Shown piece by piece: positions 1 through 11,011 of a stretch of DNA of 64,000 nt (positions are counted from its first letter, which is position 1; the number at the start of each line of letters is the position of its first letter). The position numbers were made by a program, and so were the translations under genes. Location of the stretch: the sequence record OR805292.1; one strand, 5' to 3'. The notes below the pieces were generated by a model that saw only the letters and a program-made list of their open reading frames with translations, did no database searches and had not been told where the DNA came from.

Positions 1-33
1 ATAGATATAACAGAAGTAATTAAATGGAAACAA

Positions 34-1361
34 ATGATACTGCATTGCTTAAATAAAGGATTTTGGTGTACTTTAGATTTTGATATATGCAATTCTTCTG
101 TAATTTTAGAAATGGATTTATCTAAGTATGATAAATTTATTCCTATTATAAGTGCAAAAATACCAAATATATCCGAATACAATAAAAACACTATAATAAA
201 GATAGATGATATAGGTTTTGATGAAACTAACGAAGGAGTATGGTGTCATAAGTTAAACGATTTAAAAGATAATACCGTACATACTAGCTGGGACAAATAT
301 ACAGGAGATATTTCAATTGACGAATAAAATTAATTATAGCAAAGTATATGAACCAAAAGGCGCACTATATAGAATTCGTCGCATTTCTGACGGTGCATTT
401 AGCACAGGGTCTTCTAGTCCGGTGTTTGTAACTTCTGGTCCAGGAAAAGTATTCAATACTTTAGGTAAACTTAGATCTCATCTTACTACTATTCGTAATA
501 ACCCGGTTTTACAAGACATATACAACGAATGTGAAATTGTTCAATATGTAGAAGCTGACCAGCCAACATACACTCTAGCTGAACACACAGAATTACTTAT
601 ACTTAAAAAGTTAACACAATAACGCGCTTTACTGCGCGTTAATTTGCGCGTATGCTGCAAAAACATGTAACACTAGAGCTTATATACGCTTATGCTTAAA
701 AAGCTGTATAACGCAATTTATGCGTTCCTTAACGAACTTGCTTATATAAAATATATAAGATTCTATGTCTTCTTTAAATGTGTTAATAAGCATCATCTAT
801 CGGAAATACTTCTGTTAAGTAATTTAGCAGGTACAACTATAGGAGCATATAGATTTGAACGTCTCTTAAGCATGGATTATTGCACTATATCGATTGACAT
901 GCCACTCGACGACGATTATTTTATTGCCTGTAATACAAAAGGAATTATTTCTGTAGCAAAATGTAATCTCATATCAATGAATTTTTATGATTTTAGTACA
1001 CAATTGTCAAGCTATTACTTTTTTAAATACGACAATACACCGAATGGTTCGTTTTTTGTGTATCCATCCAAAAATTATTTAGTACATCCAGAAGTAATAT
1101 CTTATATAAAGAAATATAATAATGAGAGTTTATATAAAAGAACAACGTATTTGCCGGGGTAATGCCGAAATATATGATATTGTTATCAGACAGGAAGGTT
1201 ATTTAGAATTTCTAGAAGAAACAGAAACAGAATACACAGGATTTCTAAATGTTGTTAAAATATACAAATGCTCTGATGGGTATCAAAAACGAATTCATAC
1301 AACAAAACAGAAGTTTTCTTTTCCGAAAGATTCTGACGAAATACTTATAATAGAATTATAG
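34..1361 (+). other. Run of four hypothetical ORFs (34-327, 317-622, 692-1162, 1122-1361)
   Basis: Co-oriented, abutting or overlapping ORFs in the track; no recognisable motifs. Confidence 0.6.
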
Positions 1362-1371
1362 GAATTTCTGC

Positions 1372-1938
1372 ATGACTACAACTGAGGCAACTCTACTTAG
1401 TCTCGCTATCGCTGCAAGTTGTATGGTAGCAGACAAAATGTATTCTAAAGAATTTGAATACATTACTAACCTTAAACTAAAAGAAGAAAAACTAAAAGAA
1501 GAATTTGCTATAAATGATGAAGATAAAATAAAATCATATATAGCGTTGTGTAAAAGAAGAAAGAATTGCAGGGCAGTAGCAGAAGCAATATATTATGAAG
1601 CGCGTAGTGAATCTAGGATCGGAATGCAAGGTGTAGCATTTACGATATTAAATAGAGCCATGAATCCTACTAGATGGCCCAACACCCCGTACAGTGTGGT
1701 TTACTATAAATGCCAATTTAGTTATACTTGCGACGGCAGTAGAAAACAAGGTTTTAAAGAAAAAGATAAATGGGATTTAGCTAATATAGTAGCATATAGG
1801 GCTATAAATAGACTATCTAGCGATCCCACCAACGGCGCAGATCATTATTATGCACCGCACAGAGTAAGCAAACCGTATTGGGCAAAGAAAATGAGAAAAA
1901 CTGCCAAATTAGGTAATCATGTGTTTTATAAATCGTAA
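1372..1938 (+). CDS. SleB/Hydrolase_2-family cell wall hydrolase
   Basis: AEAIYYEARSE (catalytic Glu), VAFTILNR, CQFSY, DPTNGADHYYA and LGNHVFY motifs. Confidence 0.92.
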   Translation: MTTTEATLLSLAIAASCMVADKMYSKEFEYITNLKLKEEKLKEEFAINDEDKIKSYIALCKRRKNCRAVAEAIYYEARSESRIGMQGVAFTILNRAMNPTRWPNTPYSVVYYKCQFSYTCDGSRKQGFKEKDKWDLANIVAYRAINRLSSDPTNGADHYYAPHRVSKPYWAKKMRKTAKLGNHVFYKS

Positions 1939-2536
1939 TGAGGATTATACTATGGTATGTAAAACAATAACAAAAGAAATGTTTGAAATGCAATATAATA
2001 TAAGAAACTATTCTACCGTTGCTCATATATATATTAGCACAAGAGCAAATATAATAGAAATATATTATAAAACCCCGTTTAACCAGGGAATAGTATTGCA
2101 AAATTATTACGTTAACGAAGAATGCGACCAATATATACAGTCTTGTAGATTATATAGGGAATATGAAAAAAATAGAATATAAAATAAATCTTTTAATCGA
2201 AGAAATAAAAGAGTTTAAAAGAACAAAAAAAGAACTTAATGAAGACCTAATGCAACATTATACAAAGTTCTATTCAGAACAAGTTAAAGATGTTTATTTT
2301 AGATCTTTAAATTTTAGACGAAATTCTGTAAAACAACTTATTAAACAATTGCATACCGTATGTAAACAAGCTAAAATAAAATTACTTTATATTAAAGCTA
2401 AGTCTTCAACTAAACAGCAGAGGCAAAAATGTAATAAAGTAAACGTAACTAGACGAACATAATATTTTGCGCTATACTGTATATCAAGCTAAGAAGCTTA
2501 ACAAACAACATTAATACAACCGAGAGGTAATTTGCA

Positions 2537-2896
2537 ATGGCAAAAAGCTACGAAGAAGCATGGGCACTGGCAGAATTTCCCGAGCACTCGAAGGTCGTCG
2601 ATGGTCAAGTCGGCGGCGTGACCGAATACGTTCTCCAGGAAATCGACTCCTACTGCATCGTCGACAAGGACGGCAACAAGGTGTGGCTGAACATTCAGGG
2701 CAACATGCACCGCTTGCTCGGTCCGGCCACCCACATCAACGGGAAAAAGAAAAACGCATGGGCAGTGGACGGTGACATCATCCGCACCTGGGATGAATAC
2801 GAAAAAGCCGTCGGCGACCGGGTGCCGAAAGAGCACATTATGATGCTCAAGCTTCAACACGGCGACGATCAGTTCGAGTTCGACACCGACGACTAA
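2537..2896 (+). CDS. Hypothetical protein with GC-rich codon usage and one HRxxGPA motif
   Basis: GAGAGGT SD, abrupt switch to C/G-ending codons, MHRLLGPA motif, own downstream terminator. Confidence 0.85.
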   Translation: MAKSYEEAWALAEFPEHSKVVDGQVGGVTEYVLQEIDSYCIVDKDGNKVWLNIQGNMHRLLGPATHINGKKKNAWAVDGDIIRTWDEYEKAVGDRVPKEHIMMLKLQHGDDQFEFDTDD

Positions 2897-2919
2897 ACCG
2901 GCGGCGAGTGCGCTCGGTT

Positions 2920-2958
2920 TATATAAAATAAGGGACATAAAGTCCCTTATTTTATATA
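2920..2958 (+). terminator. Intrinsic terminator hairpin
   Basis: TATATAAAATAAGGGAC-ataaa-GTCCCTTATTTTATATA. Confidence 0.85.
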
Positions 2959-3082
2959 AGAAATAAACAATAAATGACATTTTTAGTTGAATGTTGCCTG
3001 CAATCATGTATTTTTGAATATAATAATTAATGTAAAATATTAGTCGTTTCTGTAATTATATTTTCATAATAGGATATATAGT

Positions 3083-6000
3083 GTGTTCAAAAATGAATGT
3101 TTATTAGTAGGTGTGACTGAAGTTATTGCTAATATATTTTTATTTTCTAAATGTGTTTCTGAATGCAAACCAGCTGGCACATATGTAAGTAATCAATCTA
3201 TAATCTTACGATGGTACTCAACTGGTATAGTAAGTGAAGTTATATATAATATCAAAATAGTGCCTTCTGTAAATAATAAATTATTTTTAAATACGATAAC
3301 ATGGTCTGATGGTCATTATGCCTATCAAGACATTAAAAAACAGACCAAAGTATCAGATATATTACATACTAACAAATATGAAACTTCGTTTGCTATCCAT
3401 TTTAAAAACATATCGTTTGATATGTTTATTCCTTTTATAGTAAAAGAAGTAAGAGAATGTCAATTTACAACACACAATCTACAGTATATAACGACGACTC
3501 CCACAGGATCACGAAATAATATCAATTATAAAATAATATCGCATGTAAATGATACAGATTTATGTAATGTACATTTTAGTTCCAGGAGTTTCCTGTACTT
3601 TTCATTGACCGTGTATAATTATAATACTATATATAAACACACATTCAAAATATCAAAACAGTTTAGTATATGGGATATTGATGAAATATGTTAAATTTAA
3701 AAGAAATAGGAAAGTCTGAATACGGGAATATATTTGGAGTTAGCTATCTTATATATAACTGCAGACTTTCTAGTTTCGATGTAGTTCGAAATTCATGCAT
3801 AATATGTTTTGAGAGCAATTTTTATAATTGTATAATTCATTCGTGCGAATTAGATTTATTTTATTATAAATATGGATCTTTAAATGACGATCCAGAAAAT
3901 AATATCTATCCTACTGAAATTAAATTATTAAATTCAAACAAATTAAAGAAGAATAGAATTTTTTATTCTTATATATCTATAATATCCAAAGCAAATGAGT
4001 TATACAAATATATTCCCTATATACTATCTAGGATTGCATCCAATTCTATCGTACTTCATAATTACAAAAACTTGAATATAGGTGATTACGGCGGTTTTAT
4101 ACGTGTGTGGACATACTGGACTAATTCACACATACTCGGAGGACCTAATGTAAGTGTAAATAATTCGGCTATAACTGTTATATTTCCTAAGATCAATAAA
4201 ACAGAATACAGCATGCCTGTAATAGAATCCTATAATTTGGTATTAGAAATAGATAAAAACTCTAATATAATTTTTCCGGTATTAATAAATGAATGAAACC
4301 ATACAATCTCTCCGAAGAGAAATAGAATTATTAAAAGATCAAGGTCTAAAATTAAGACATATAAAAAATCCTTGTAAAAAATGTATGGGCTACGGAATTA
4401 TTTGTTATGGATCTACTGCTATGTGGAACAGAAGTGCAGTCGGAGGGAATGCAATAACACCCGGCCGGTGCGATGCTTGCTGGGGTTCTGGTGATGAAGA
4501 TAACCCGTGGGAAAATTTATTAGAATTAACAATTCAAAAAAGAACAATAGATACAATTTACAACTCTCTTAAATTGGACGGTTGGATAGAAGTAAAGTCC
4601 GATACTGTGTTTTTTAAAGGAAGTAACAGAGTTGTTACTAAATCTGGAAATATTTTGTATGGATATAGGAGTTATTATAATGACAAACAATTAATCTGCT
4701 ACATCGAAGAACCTAATACTTCAATTAATTTAAAAATAACTAGTTGTGTTTTTATACAAAAGTGTTAAAATGTAATATATTTAAAAACTTTTGAGATTAC
4801 CAATGTATAATTTCGAAAAGTTTATAACCGAGTATCTGTATAATAAAAAAGAGACAGAGCATTACGGGTATTTCTCTATATATAATTCTATTATTTTAAA
4901 GTGTATTTCCGGATGTTCAGCTGAGCACTACGAATTTATTTCTAATTCTTTTATATCATATAAATGTAAAAAGAAATTAATAATAGAATTTTCTGTTAAA
5001 TCGAAAGATAACATATACCATTCCATTAAACTTGCAGCAAAATATCACTCTAAAACAAAAGAAAAGTTAGACACTATTACTAATGTGGATAATTTGTTTT
5101 TGTTTGAAACAAAAATAGGAATTATAGGTAATAATTTGTCTGTATATGTAGATTTAGGCGAAGTGGAATATATTGTATGATATACAGTTCGCATGCAAAC
5201 ACATTTAGGTCTGTTGCAAATTCTCTTATTTTAGAAATTTATAAAATAAACATCTCTTTAGAAAAAATGATAGACGATGGACACGGTGACATATTAGATA
5301 GACAAGTAGTTTGCAGGAAAGGAACTTGGTTTTCTAAAAATTATTATATAATTTCTTCTTCTGCAAAAGAATTAGTTTCTCTTTCACCTGCATTTGTAGA
5401 AATATCAAACATTACTGTATCTGCATATACTTCTGGCGCATTAAAAAATAACCCTTTATCTAAAATGAAGGGATTCGACAAATATATGCATAATGTAGGT
5501 GATGCGCTAACTGCAATTAATTCGTCTAAGCTTGCAAACAAACTATTTAAATCTATAGAAGAACAAAATATAATTGTTGCTAAAGGCAGGGAAGAATATG
5601 CTTTATCGCAAAGTTTAATAAAAGAAAATTGTCATACAAACAAAGGAATACAATATAAACAATTAGAAGAAATAATTAATACCTATATACGTCAATTGCC
5701 AGAACACTTACAACACGAAGCAAGAAACAGAATAAGAAAATCCGATAAGAAACTTAAATCTTTAATTAGTTACGCACAAGAACACAACATAACTTTTATA
5801 TAGGGGAAATATAATGAAAAATATAATTAAACATATTTTAGATTTTTATAACGGATTTTCCTATATAGTTCTATCAAATGTTATATTTCTTTTCAGTTGT
5901 ATAGTAACTACAGTATTTCTGTGTTATGTGTCTAAATTAAATAATGTACAAAATTTGGTATCCGACTCGGTTTATACAACTATAGTAGTTTTGTATTGTA

Positions 6001-6143
6001 TTATAGGTCTTCTATGTGGATTAAAAAGTTGTAAAATAATAGAATTGATAAAACCAGAGAAAAATATTGCAACTACTGTAGGTGTTATAACCGGCATCGC
6101 TGTAGTGTTAGTTGCTATGTTGGGATGGATATATGCGGCGTAA
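3083..6143 (+). other. Run of hypothetical ORFs (3083-3694, 3688-4296, 4791-5180, 5177-5803, 5814-6143 membrane protein)
   Basis: Chained ORFs with overlapping stop/start codons; 5814-6143 has three hydrophobic segments. Confidence 0.65.
4289..4768 (+). CDS. Hypothetical protein with DnaJ-type CxxCxGxG zinc-finger motifs
   Basis: CKKCMGYG and CDACWGSG. Confidence 0.65.
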   Translation: MNETIQSLRREIELLKDQGLKLRHIKNPCKKCMGYGIICYGSTAMWNRSAVGGNAITPGRCDACWGSGDEDNPWENLLELTIQKRTIDTIYNSLKLDGWIEVKSDTVFFKGSNRVVTKSGNILYGYRSYYNDKQLICYIEEPNTSINLKITSCVFIQKC

Positions 6144-7560
6144 TATAAATCTTTCACCTTCTCATAGATTGATATCAAAAGTAGCAGTTAAGATTAAAAT
6201 TCCCCATATGATGAGCGGGAAATTAAATGGAGCATTTGATCACTATTTTAGTAAGAATATAATAGCAGAGGATGCTGCTATCTGTAGTTGGGCAGGAGAT
6301 AGCAAATATGTAGGAAGATCGTCGATATATTCCGACGATATACCCTGTCAATTAATACGCAACACTGCAGGAAACGTTTCAGGTTGCACATCTTACACTA
6401 ACAAAGTTATTATGAATTATAGAGAGGATGCCGGAATGACTCAAGTTAACAGAACCTACACACGTAATAGCAACGATATTGAGTTTTCTCTGGAAGAAGA
6501 ATTCTCTAATGTCTTTAATGAATCGCCTATAAGAAAAACGTGGGTAGCATTTATAGATTGTAACACAAAGGCAGTAGAAGAAGCATTTAAAACTTGCCTA
6601 AGTAAAGAATCGTTTGATATAATCTCCAAAAAATATACAAATATAACATCTTATTCGTCATCTGATGCAGAGCGAGATGCAGACGTTGCATCTGAAGAAA
6701 TTTGGGTAATAGGAAACGAAAAAGCAGCTATTTCTAGAATTACAGATATTTACGATAGTGTACGGTTTATGGTAATTTCTGCAAATGATAGTTGTAATGT
6801 AGCTAGGTTTGTAGAAGAATTTGGAAAAGTATATGCAAATGCATATCCTAAAGTAAAAGAAGAAAAACCGGAAATTAATATTATTGTGGCCGATTCCCAC
6901 GGTTATGATTTAGAGTCGTTTGACATGACTCCTCTGCAAAACATAGATGCCTTTATTGAAGAAAATTATAACGATGATTTTAAAGACACATCTGAATATA
7001 TAGTAGAAAAAATTATTAGTTCTAGTAAAGGTATAACACTTCTTCATGGCGAACGAGGAACTGGTAAAACTAATTTCATCCGATACATTGCAAATAAAGC
7101 TAAAAAGAAGAAACTCATATATGTTCCTTCTGATATGGCTCCAGAGTTAGCCAGACCTCAGTTTGTCTCGTTTGTTATGAACCACAAAGATAGTGTGTTT
7201 ATAGTAGAAGACGCAGAAAATATTCTCCGTCCTCGGGAAGGCGGCGGCAGTTCGGCAGTGTCTAACCTTCTTAACATGAGTGACGGTATCCTAGGTGATG
7301 CTGTTCGGTGTCAGTTTATTTGTACGTTTAACTGTAAAATTTCAGAAATTGACAGTGCATTGACTCGTAAAGGTCGGTTAAATGCAGAGTATGAATTTAA
7401 CAAATTAACAAAAGAAAAATCCCAAAATCTTTTAGACAAAAAATACGGAACAGGAACATATGTAGCAAAAGGCGAAATGACGCTAGCAGACATTTACAAT
7501 ATGGATAATCCTGACTTTAAAGTCCAACTTAAGAAACAAAAAATTGGTTTCGGGAACTAA
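6112..7560 (+). CDS. AAA+ ATPase
   Basis: Walker A GERGTGKT, Walker B FIVEDAE, LLNMSDG and arginine-finger region ALTRKGRL; start codon uncertain. Confidence 0.92.
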   Translation: MLCWDGYMRRNINLSPSHRLISKVAVKIKIPHMMSGKLNGAFDHYFSKNIIAEDAAICSWAGDSKYVGRSSIYSDDIPCQLIRNTAGNVSGCTSYTNKVIMNYREDAGMTQVNRTYTRNSNDIEFSLEEEFSNVFNESPIRKTWVAFIDCNTKAVEEAFKTCLSKESFDIISKKYTNITSYSSSDAERDADVASEEIWVIGNEKAAISRITDIYDSVRFMVISANDSCNVARFVEEFGKVYANAYPKVKEEKPEINIIVADSHGYDLESFDMTPLQNIDAFIEENYNDDFKDTSEYIVEKIISSSKGITLLHGERGTGKTNFIRYIANKAKKKKLIYVPSDMAPELARPQFVSFVMNHKDSVFIVEDAENILRPREGGGSSAVSNLLNMSDGILGDAVRCQFICTFNCKISEIDSALTRKGRLNAEYEFNKLTKEKSQNLLDKKYGTGTYVAKGEMTLADIYNMDNPDFKVQLKKQKIGFGN

Positions 7561-7565
7561 ACAAT

Positions 7566-7829
7566 ATGCGTAGATATTTCATTGCATATTTTTCACTGGT
7601 ATTCATATTAGCTATATCCGGAATTATATATGCGTTGACATATGGATTTATGTTTGCCGGAAAAGAAAACTCTCCAGGGTATTCTAATAGTAGGGATAAT
7701 CTTATTAAAAATATGAATGAATTATTGGAACAACAAAAAGCACTAAATTTGGAAATAAAGGAATTAAATAAAGAAATTAATTCTACTAAAACTGAAATAT
7801 CAACAAAATTACAAAATGTAGACACCTAA
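7566..7829 (+). CDS. Small membrane-anchored coiled-coil protein
   Basis: N-terminal hydrophobic helix followed by a heptad-like Leu/Glu/Lys tail. Confidence 0.6.
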   Translation: MRRYFIAYFSLVFILAISGIIYALTYGFMFAGKENSPGYSNSRDNLIKNMNELLEQQKALNLEIKELNKEINSTKTEISTKLQNVDT

Positions 7830-7846
7830 CAGTAGTTTCTATATAA

Positions 7847-7875
7847 TAAAACAGGAGCATTAGGCTCCTGTTTTA
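7847..7875. terminator. Bidirectional terminator between convergent genes
   Basis: TAAAACAGGAGC-loop-GCTCCTGTTTTA between stops at 7829 (+) and 7860 (-). Confidence 0.85.
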
Positions 7876-8612
7876 TTTTTTGAAATTTTAGTCATTATAG
7901 TATTATATAAATCATAAGCACGTTTGATTATACGTTTATATGCTCTGGGGTTTTCATTTTTAAGAAACATAATATAATTTATGTGTGCATTTTCTATAAA
8001 TGCATTTATAAATTCTTCTTTTGTTAAGACAGTTCCTTTTTTGTATAAAAAACTAAATTGATCTACAGTTTGTTCTAAAGCTTGACTTATTCTTGCATTT
8101 ATTTCGTATGATTGTCTATAATATGTATCTGAAGATGCCGGATCGTATCTTTTTATTTTTTCATTCTTAAACGGTTGTCCTTTATTTTTATCTAGTGCAT
8201 GCCTTAACTCATGTACTATAGTTGAAACTACACTCTTGTTATTACTAAAAGAATTACCATAATAATGGGTATAAACATATATCGTATTAGATACTAAGTT
8301 GTATTCTCCTTTCTTTGCACTGTGTTGTCCGGAAATGTCAAACACTACCTGAATATCTTTAAATTCATTGTATAAATCATCGAATATATCATCAGGAATT
8401 ATATTTTTTAAAACAACACTATAGGTATTTAACATTATTTCTATAGTAGGCCAATCGTAGTTTTTCAACAACAATTGATCTTCTATTTCTTCTCTGTGTT
8501 GTTTCAAATTGTTGAAATATGATACGGCGTTTGCTACACACATTTTCGCAATATTTTGAATAATCAGTTCTTCGTCTGAAGTTTCGATTAAATTAATTTC
8601 GTTTAGTCGCAC
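7860..8612 (-). CDS. HExxH zinc-peptidase-like protein, probable virion internal protein; paralogue of 8593-9282
   Basis: VHELRHALD...YEINARI; N-terminus MRLNEINLIE. Confidence 0.75.
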   Translation of the reverse strand: MRLNEINLIETSDEELIIQNIAKMCVANAVSYFNNLKQHREEIEDQLLLKNYDWPTIEIMLNTYSVVLKNIIPDDIFDDLYNEFKDIQVVFDISGQHSAKKGEYNLVSNTIYVYTHYYGNSFSNNKSVVSTIVHELRHALDKNKGQPFKNEKIKRYDPASSDTYYRQSYEINARISQALEQTVDQFSFLYKKGTVLTKEEFINAFIENAHINYIMFLKNENPRAYKRIIKRAYDLYNTIMTKISKNKTGA

Positions 8613-9282
8613 GATTTTCTGCCCTTTTCTTTAATGTAACATACAATTCGTAACATCTAGATACTATTCGTTTCCATACTTTTGGATTTTCTTTCTTTAA
8701 GTATGTAAGCTGATGACCTTTTGCGAATTTTTCTATATTATCTAGAAACCATTCTTTGGATGGTATTTCTTTTGAAGATCCCCAATACTGCAAAAATATA
8801 ACCTTAAGATCATTTAATAATTCGGCTATTCTTGCATTTATTTCGTATTTTTGATTTAAATATTCTTTATGTTTATCTGAATTGTTTGTATGTTTATATA
8901 ATAATGGATTACCCTTAGAACTATCTAATGCATGTTGTAATTCATGAACTAAGGTATTTGTGTATGTTATATCATTTTTATATGAATCCGGACCTATATC
9001 AAAAAGTGCTATGAGATTTTTGCCATCAGTTCTTTGAATAAAAGCACCGTTGTATTGTTCTGGATGCTCACTTGCATACGGACGTATTATTAAATCGGAA
9101 ATATTATTTAAAATAGGATACTTATCGAAATATTCTTGTTTTATTAAATCTTTTAGTTTGTATGAATTGTATATTTTATTTTCTGCATTCTTTTCTATAA
9201 CAAACCATATTATTTTTGCAATAGTAGATAATATTATACTTTCGCTTGCCTTTTCTGTTAGATTAAATTCTAAAATTTTCAT
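8593..9282 (-). CDS. HExxH zinc-peptidase-like protein, probable virion internal protein
   Basis: VHELQHALD...YEINARI; N-terminus MKILEFNLTE. Confidence 0.75.
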   Translation of the reverse strand: MKILEFNLTEKASESIILSTIAKIIWFVIEKNAENKIYNSYKLKDLIKQEYFDKYPILNNISDLIIRPYASEHPEQYNGAFIQRTDGKNLIALFDIGPDSYKNDITYTNTLVHELQHALDSSKGNPLLYKHTNNSDKHKEYLNQKYEINARIAELLNDLKVIFLQYWGSSKEIPSKEWFLDNIEKFAKGHQLTYLKKENPKVWKRIVSRCYELYVTLKKRAENRATKRN

Positions 9283-9288
9283 TATATC

Positions 9289-9483
9289 CTATCCGTTATG
9301 TTTCCAATACTGGATAGATTTTTCTTGTTTAGAAACCCAGTCTTTAGAAGGTTTTCCTTTACCCTCGTAATACCTAAGGGGCTTCCCTGTCTTTTTAGAA
9401 ACAAGTGCCCATTTTCCATTTATATGTTTTAGTTCTTCGTCTAATTCCGACGATTCTAGTATGCATATTTCGGAAAGTTTCAT
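9289..9483 (-). CDS. Small basic protein, probable head internal protein
   Basis: N-terminus MKLSEICILE, Lys-rich body, first gene of the minus-strand trio. Confidence 0.7.
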   Translation of the reverse strand: MKLSEICILESSELDEELKHINGKWALVSKKTGKPLRYYEGKGKPSKDWVSKQEKSIQYWKHNG

Positions 9484-9514
9484 AATCTTTAATCCTGTAT
9501 TATATGTATATGCT

Positions 9515-9540
9515 TATTTATCGCATTATATAACTAAATA
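9515..9540. promoter_or_regulatory. Divergent T4-late-like TAAATA promoter elements
   Basis: GATAAATA on - (9515-9522) upstream of 9483 and CTAAATA on + (9534-9540) upstream of 9569. Confidence 0.5.
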
Positions 9541-9568
9541 GTGTTATCTTGTAAAGGAGGAGTTTTCC

Positions 9569-10549
9569 ATGGGAAGACCTATTAAAAGCGATTGGTTTGG
9601 TGAAAGCGAAACGGGCCAACCTAAGTTAAGCATATATGCTAAGTTACCCGGTATGACTAATGCTGCCGAGGGTTTTATAGTAGCACAAAAAGGTACTCGT
9701 AAATATAAAGTAAACGTTAACGACACTATAGGCGATGTCTTTCTAGTTAATTCTAAATTAGCTGATTTAAACGAAGGCGAAGGGGTTATATTCGTAGGCG
9801 AAGTAGATAGTGACATAACTGTTTCTAAAATACAACAATACGGATTAGTAGCAGTTAATTCCACTGGCGAAATTCAATTCGGTGGACAAACACAATGGGT
9901 AGTAGACGAAGAAACAGGATTACAACCCGATACTAGTTCTGTCCCGCAACCAAGTAATCAAACGTTGCTTGCAAATGCCAGTACTGCATTTAAGAAAGAA
10001 AATGGAACATTATGGACTGGTTCGGGAATACCGGCATCAGGAATGTTAGTATCTAAAAATAATATAATCGAACTTGCATTGTCTGCACACTTGCGCGGTT
10101 CTGTTATTAACAGAAAAATAAACGACGACGGATCGTATGATATATCTCTAACTTCTTCAACACAAGATTGGGCGTTTGACTATTGTGTAGGTATTGTATC
10201 GCCGGCAGTAACAGATATAACTACAGAGTACGACGTTGTTCTTACTGCATATTGCAATTCAGAAGGTAAAGAACAAAACCCGGCTGTATTTACTTTAGCA
10301 AAAGAAGATACATATGTATGGAAAAATACAGTTCTAGATGGAGATATTACTGACAGTGCATCCGATCCTGATAATCGGTGTGTTCAAAATACTCTTAGAT
10401 ACACGTTCTTTAAAGATAATGTTGTGCCTCCCGTAGGTGAAGAAGATCCTATAGTAGGTACATTTATTATCAAATTAGAAGCAACCCATAAAACTAACTT
10501 TAATACTGTTAGTGCAAAAATGATAGTTCGTGTAACAAAAGATTTTTAA
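9569..10549 (+). CDS. Probable virion structural protein
   Basis: AAGGAGG SD, late-type TAAATA element, beta-rich acidic composition, own terminator; no catalytic motif. Confidence 0.6.
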   Translation: MGRPIKSDWFGESETGQPKLSIYAKLPGMTNAAEGFIVAQKGTRKYKVNVNDTIGDVFLVNSKLADLNEGEGVIFVGEVDSDITVSKIQQYGLVAVNSTGEIQFGGQTQWVVDEETGLQPDTSSVPQPSNQTLLANASTAFKKENGTLWTGSGIPASGMLVSKNNIIELALSAHLRGSVINRKINDDGSYDISLTSSTQDWAFDYCVGIVSPAVTDITTEYDVVLTAYCNSEGKEQNPAVFTLAKEDTYVWKNTVLDGDITDSASDPDNRCVQNTLRYTFFKDNVVPPVGEEDPIVGTFIIKLEATHKTNFNTVSAKMIVRVTKDF

Positions 10550-10562
10550 TAAAATCTAAACA

Positions 10563-10592
10563 AAGAAAAGCGCTTTTATATGCGCTTTTCTT
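10563..10592 (+). terminator. Intrinsic terminator
   Basis: AAGAAAAGCGC-loop-GCGCTTTTCTT. Confidence 0.8.
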
Positions 10593-10621
10593 TTGACACA
10601 GTTACTGTTTAATTGTATTAT
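10593..10621 (+). promoter_or_regulatory. sigma70-type promoter
   Basis: TTGACA-17-TATTAT. Confidence 0.8.
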
Positions 10622-10652
10622 GCAACAACAAACCGCACAGTAGGATACTATC

Positions 10653-10895
10653 ATGCAAGAAATTATAGTGTACAGAAATCCGGTAGAAGCAGCGCTTTGG
10701 TCGAGCATGCAAGACGGAAATATTGTACTTTTTCTTGTGACATTTATGATTATGGCAGTATCATTAGTGGCAATGTTAGTAGCTCTGTATAACACAGTTG
10801 TTGTTAATAAACGGGTCCGCAATAAATGGATTTATGTTCCCATTGTGTTAGGAATTTTAATTTCTATGATAACATGCTACAATCTATTTTTGTAG
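10653..10895 (+). CDS. Small two-helix membrane protein
   Basis: Two hydrophobic segments; bracketed by a promoter and a terminator. Confidence 0.75.
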   Translation: MQEIIVYRNPVEAALWSSMQDGNIVLFLVTFMIMAVSLVAMLVALYNTVVVNKRVRNKWIYVPIVLGILISMITCYNLFL

Positions 10896-10908
10896 AACGA
10901 AAATCAAT

Positions 10909-10931
10909 AAAAAGGGCTTAAAGCCCTTTTT
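10909..10931 (+). terminator. Intrinsic terminator
   Basis: AAAAAGGGCT-taa-AGCCCTTTTT. Confidence 0.8.
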
Positions 10932-11011
10932 ATTTGTCTACGCATACCTTTAGCACAAAAATATTGTTTTATGCTATAATGTCCTTACTATAATGTATTG
11001 AGAATATATCT

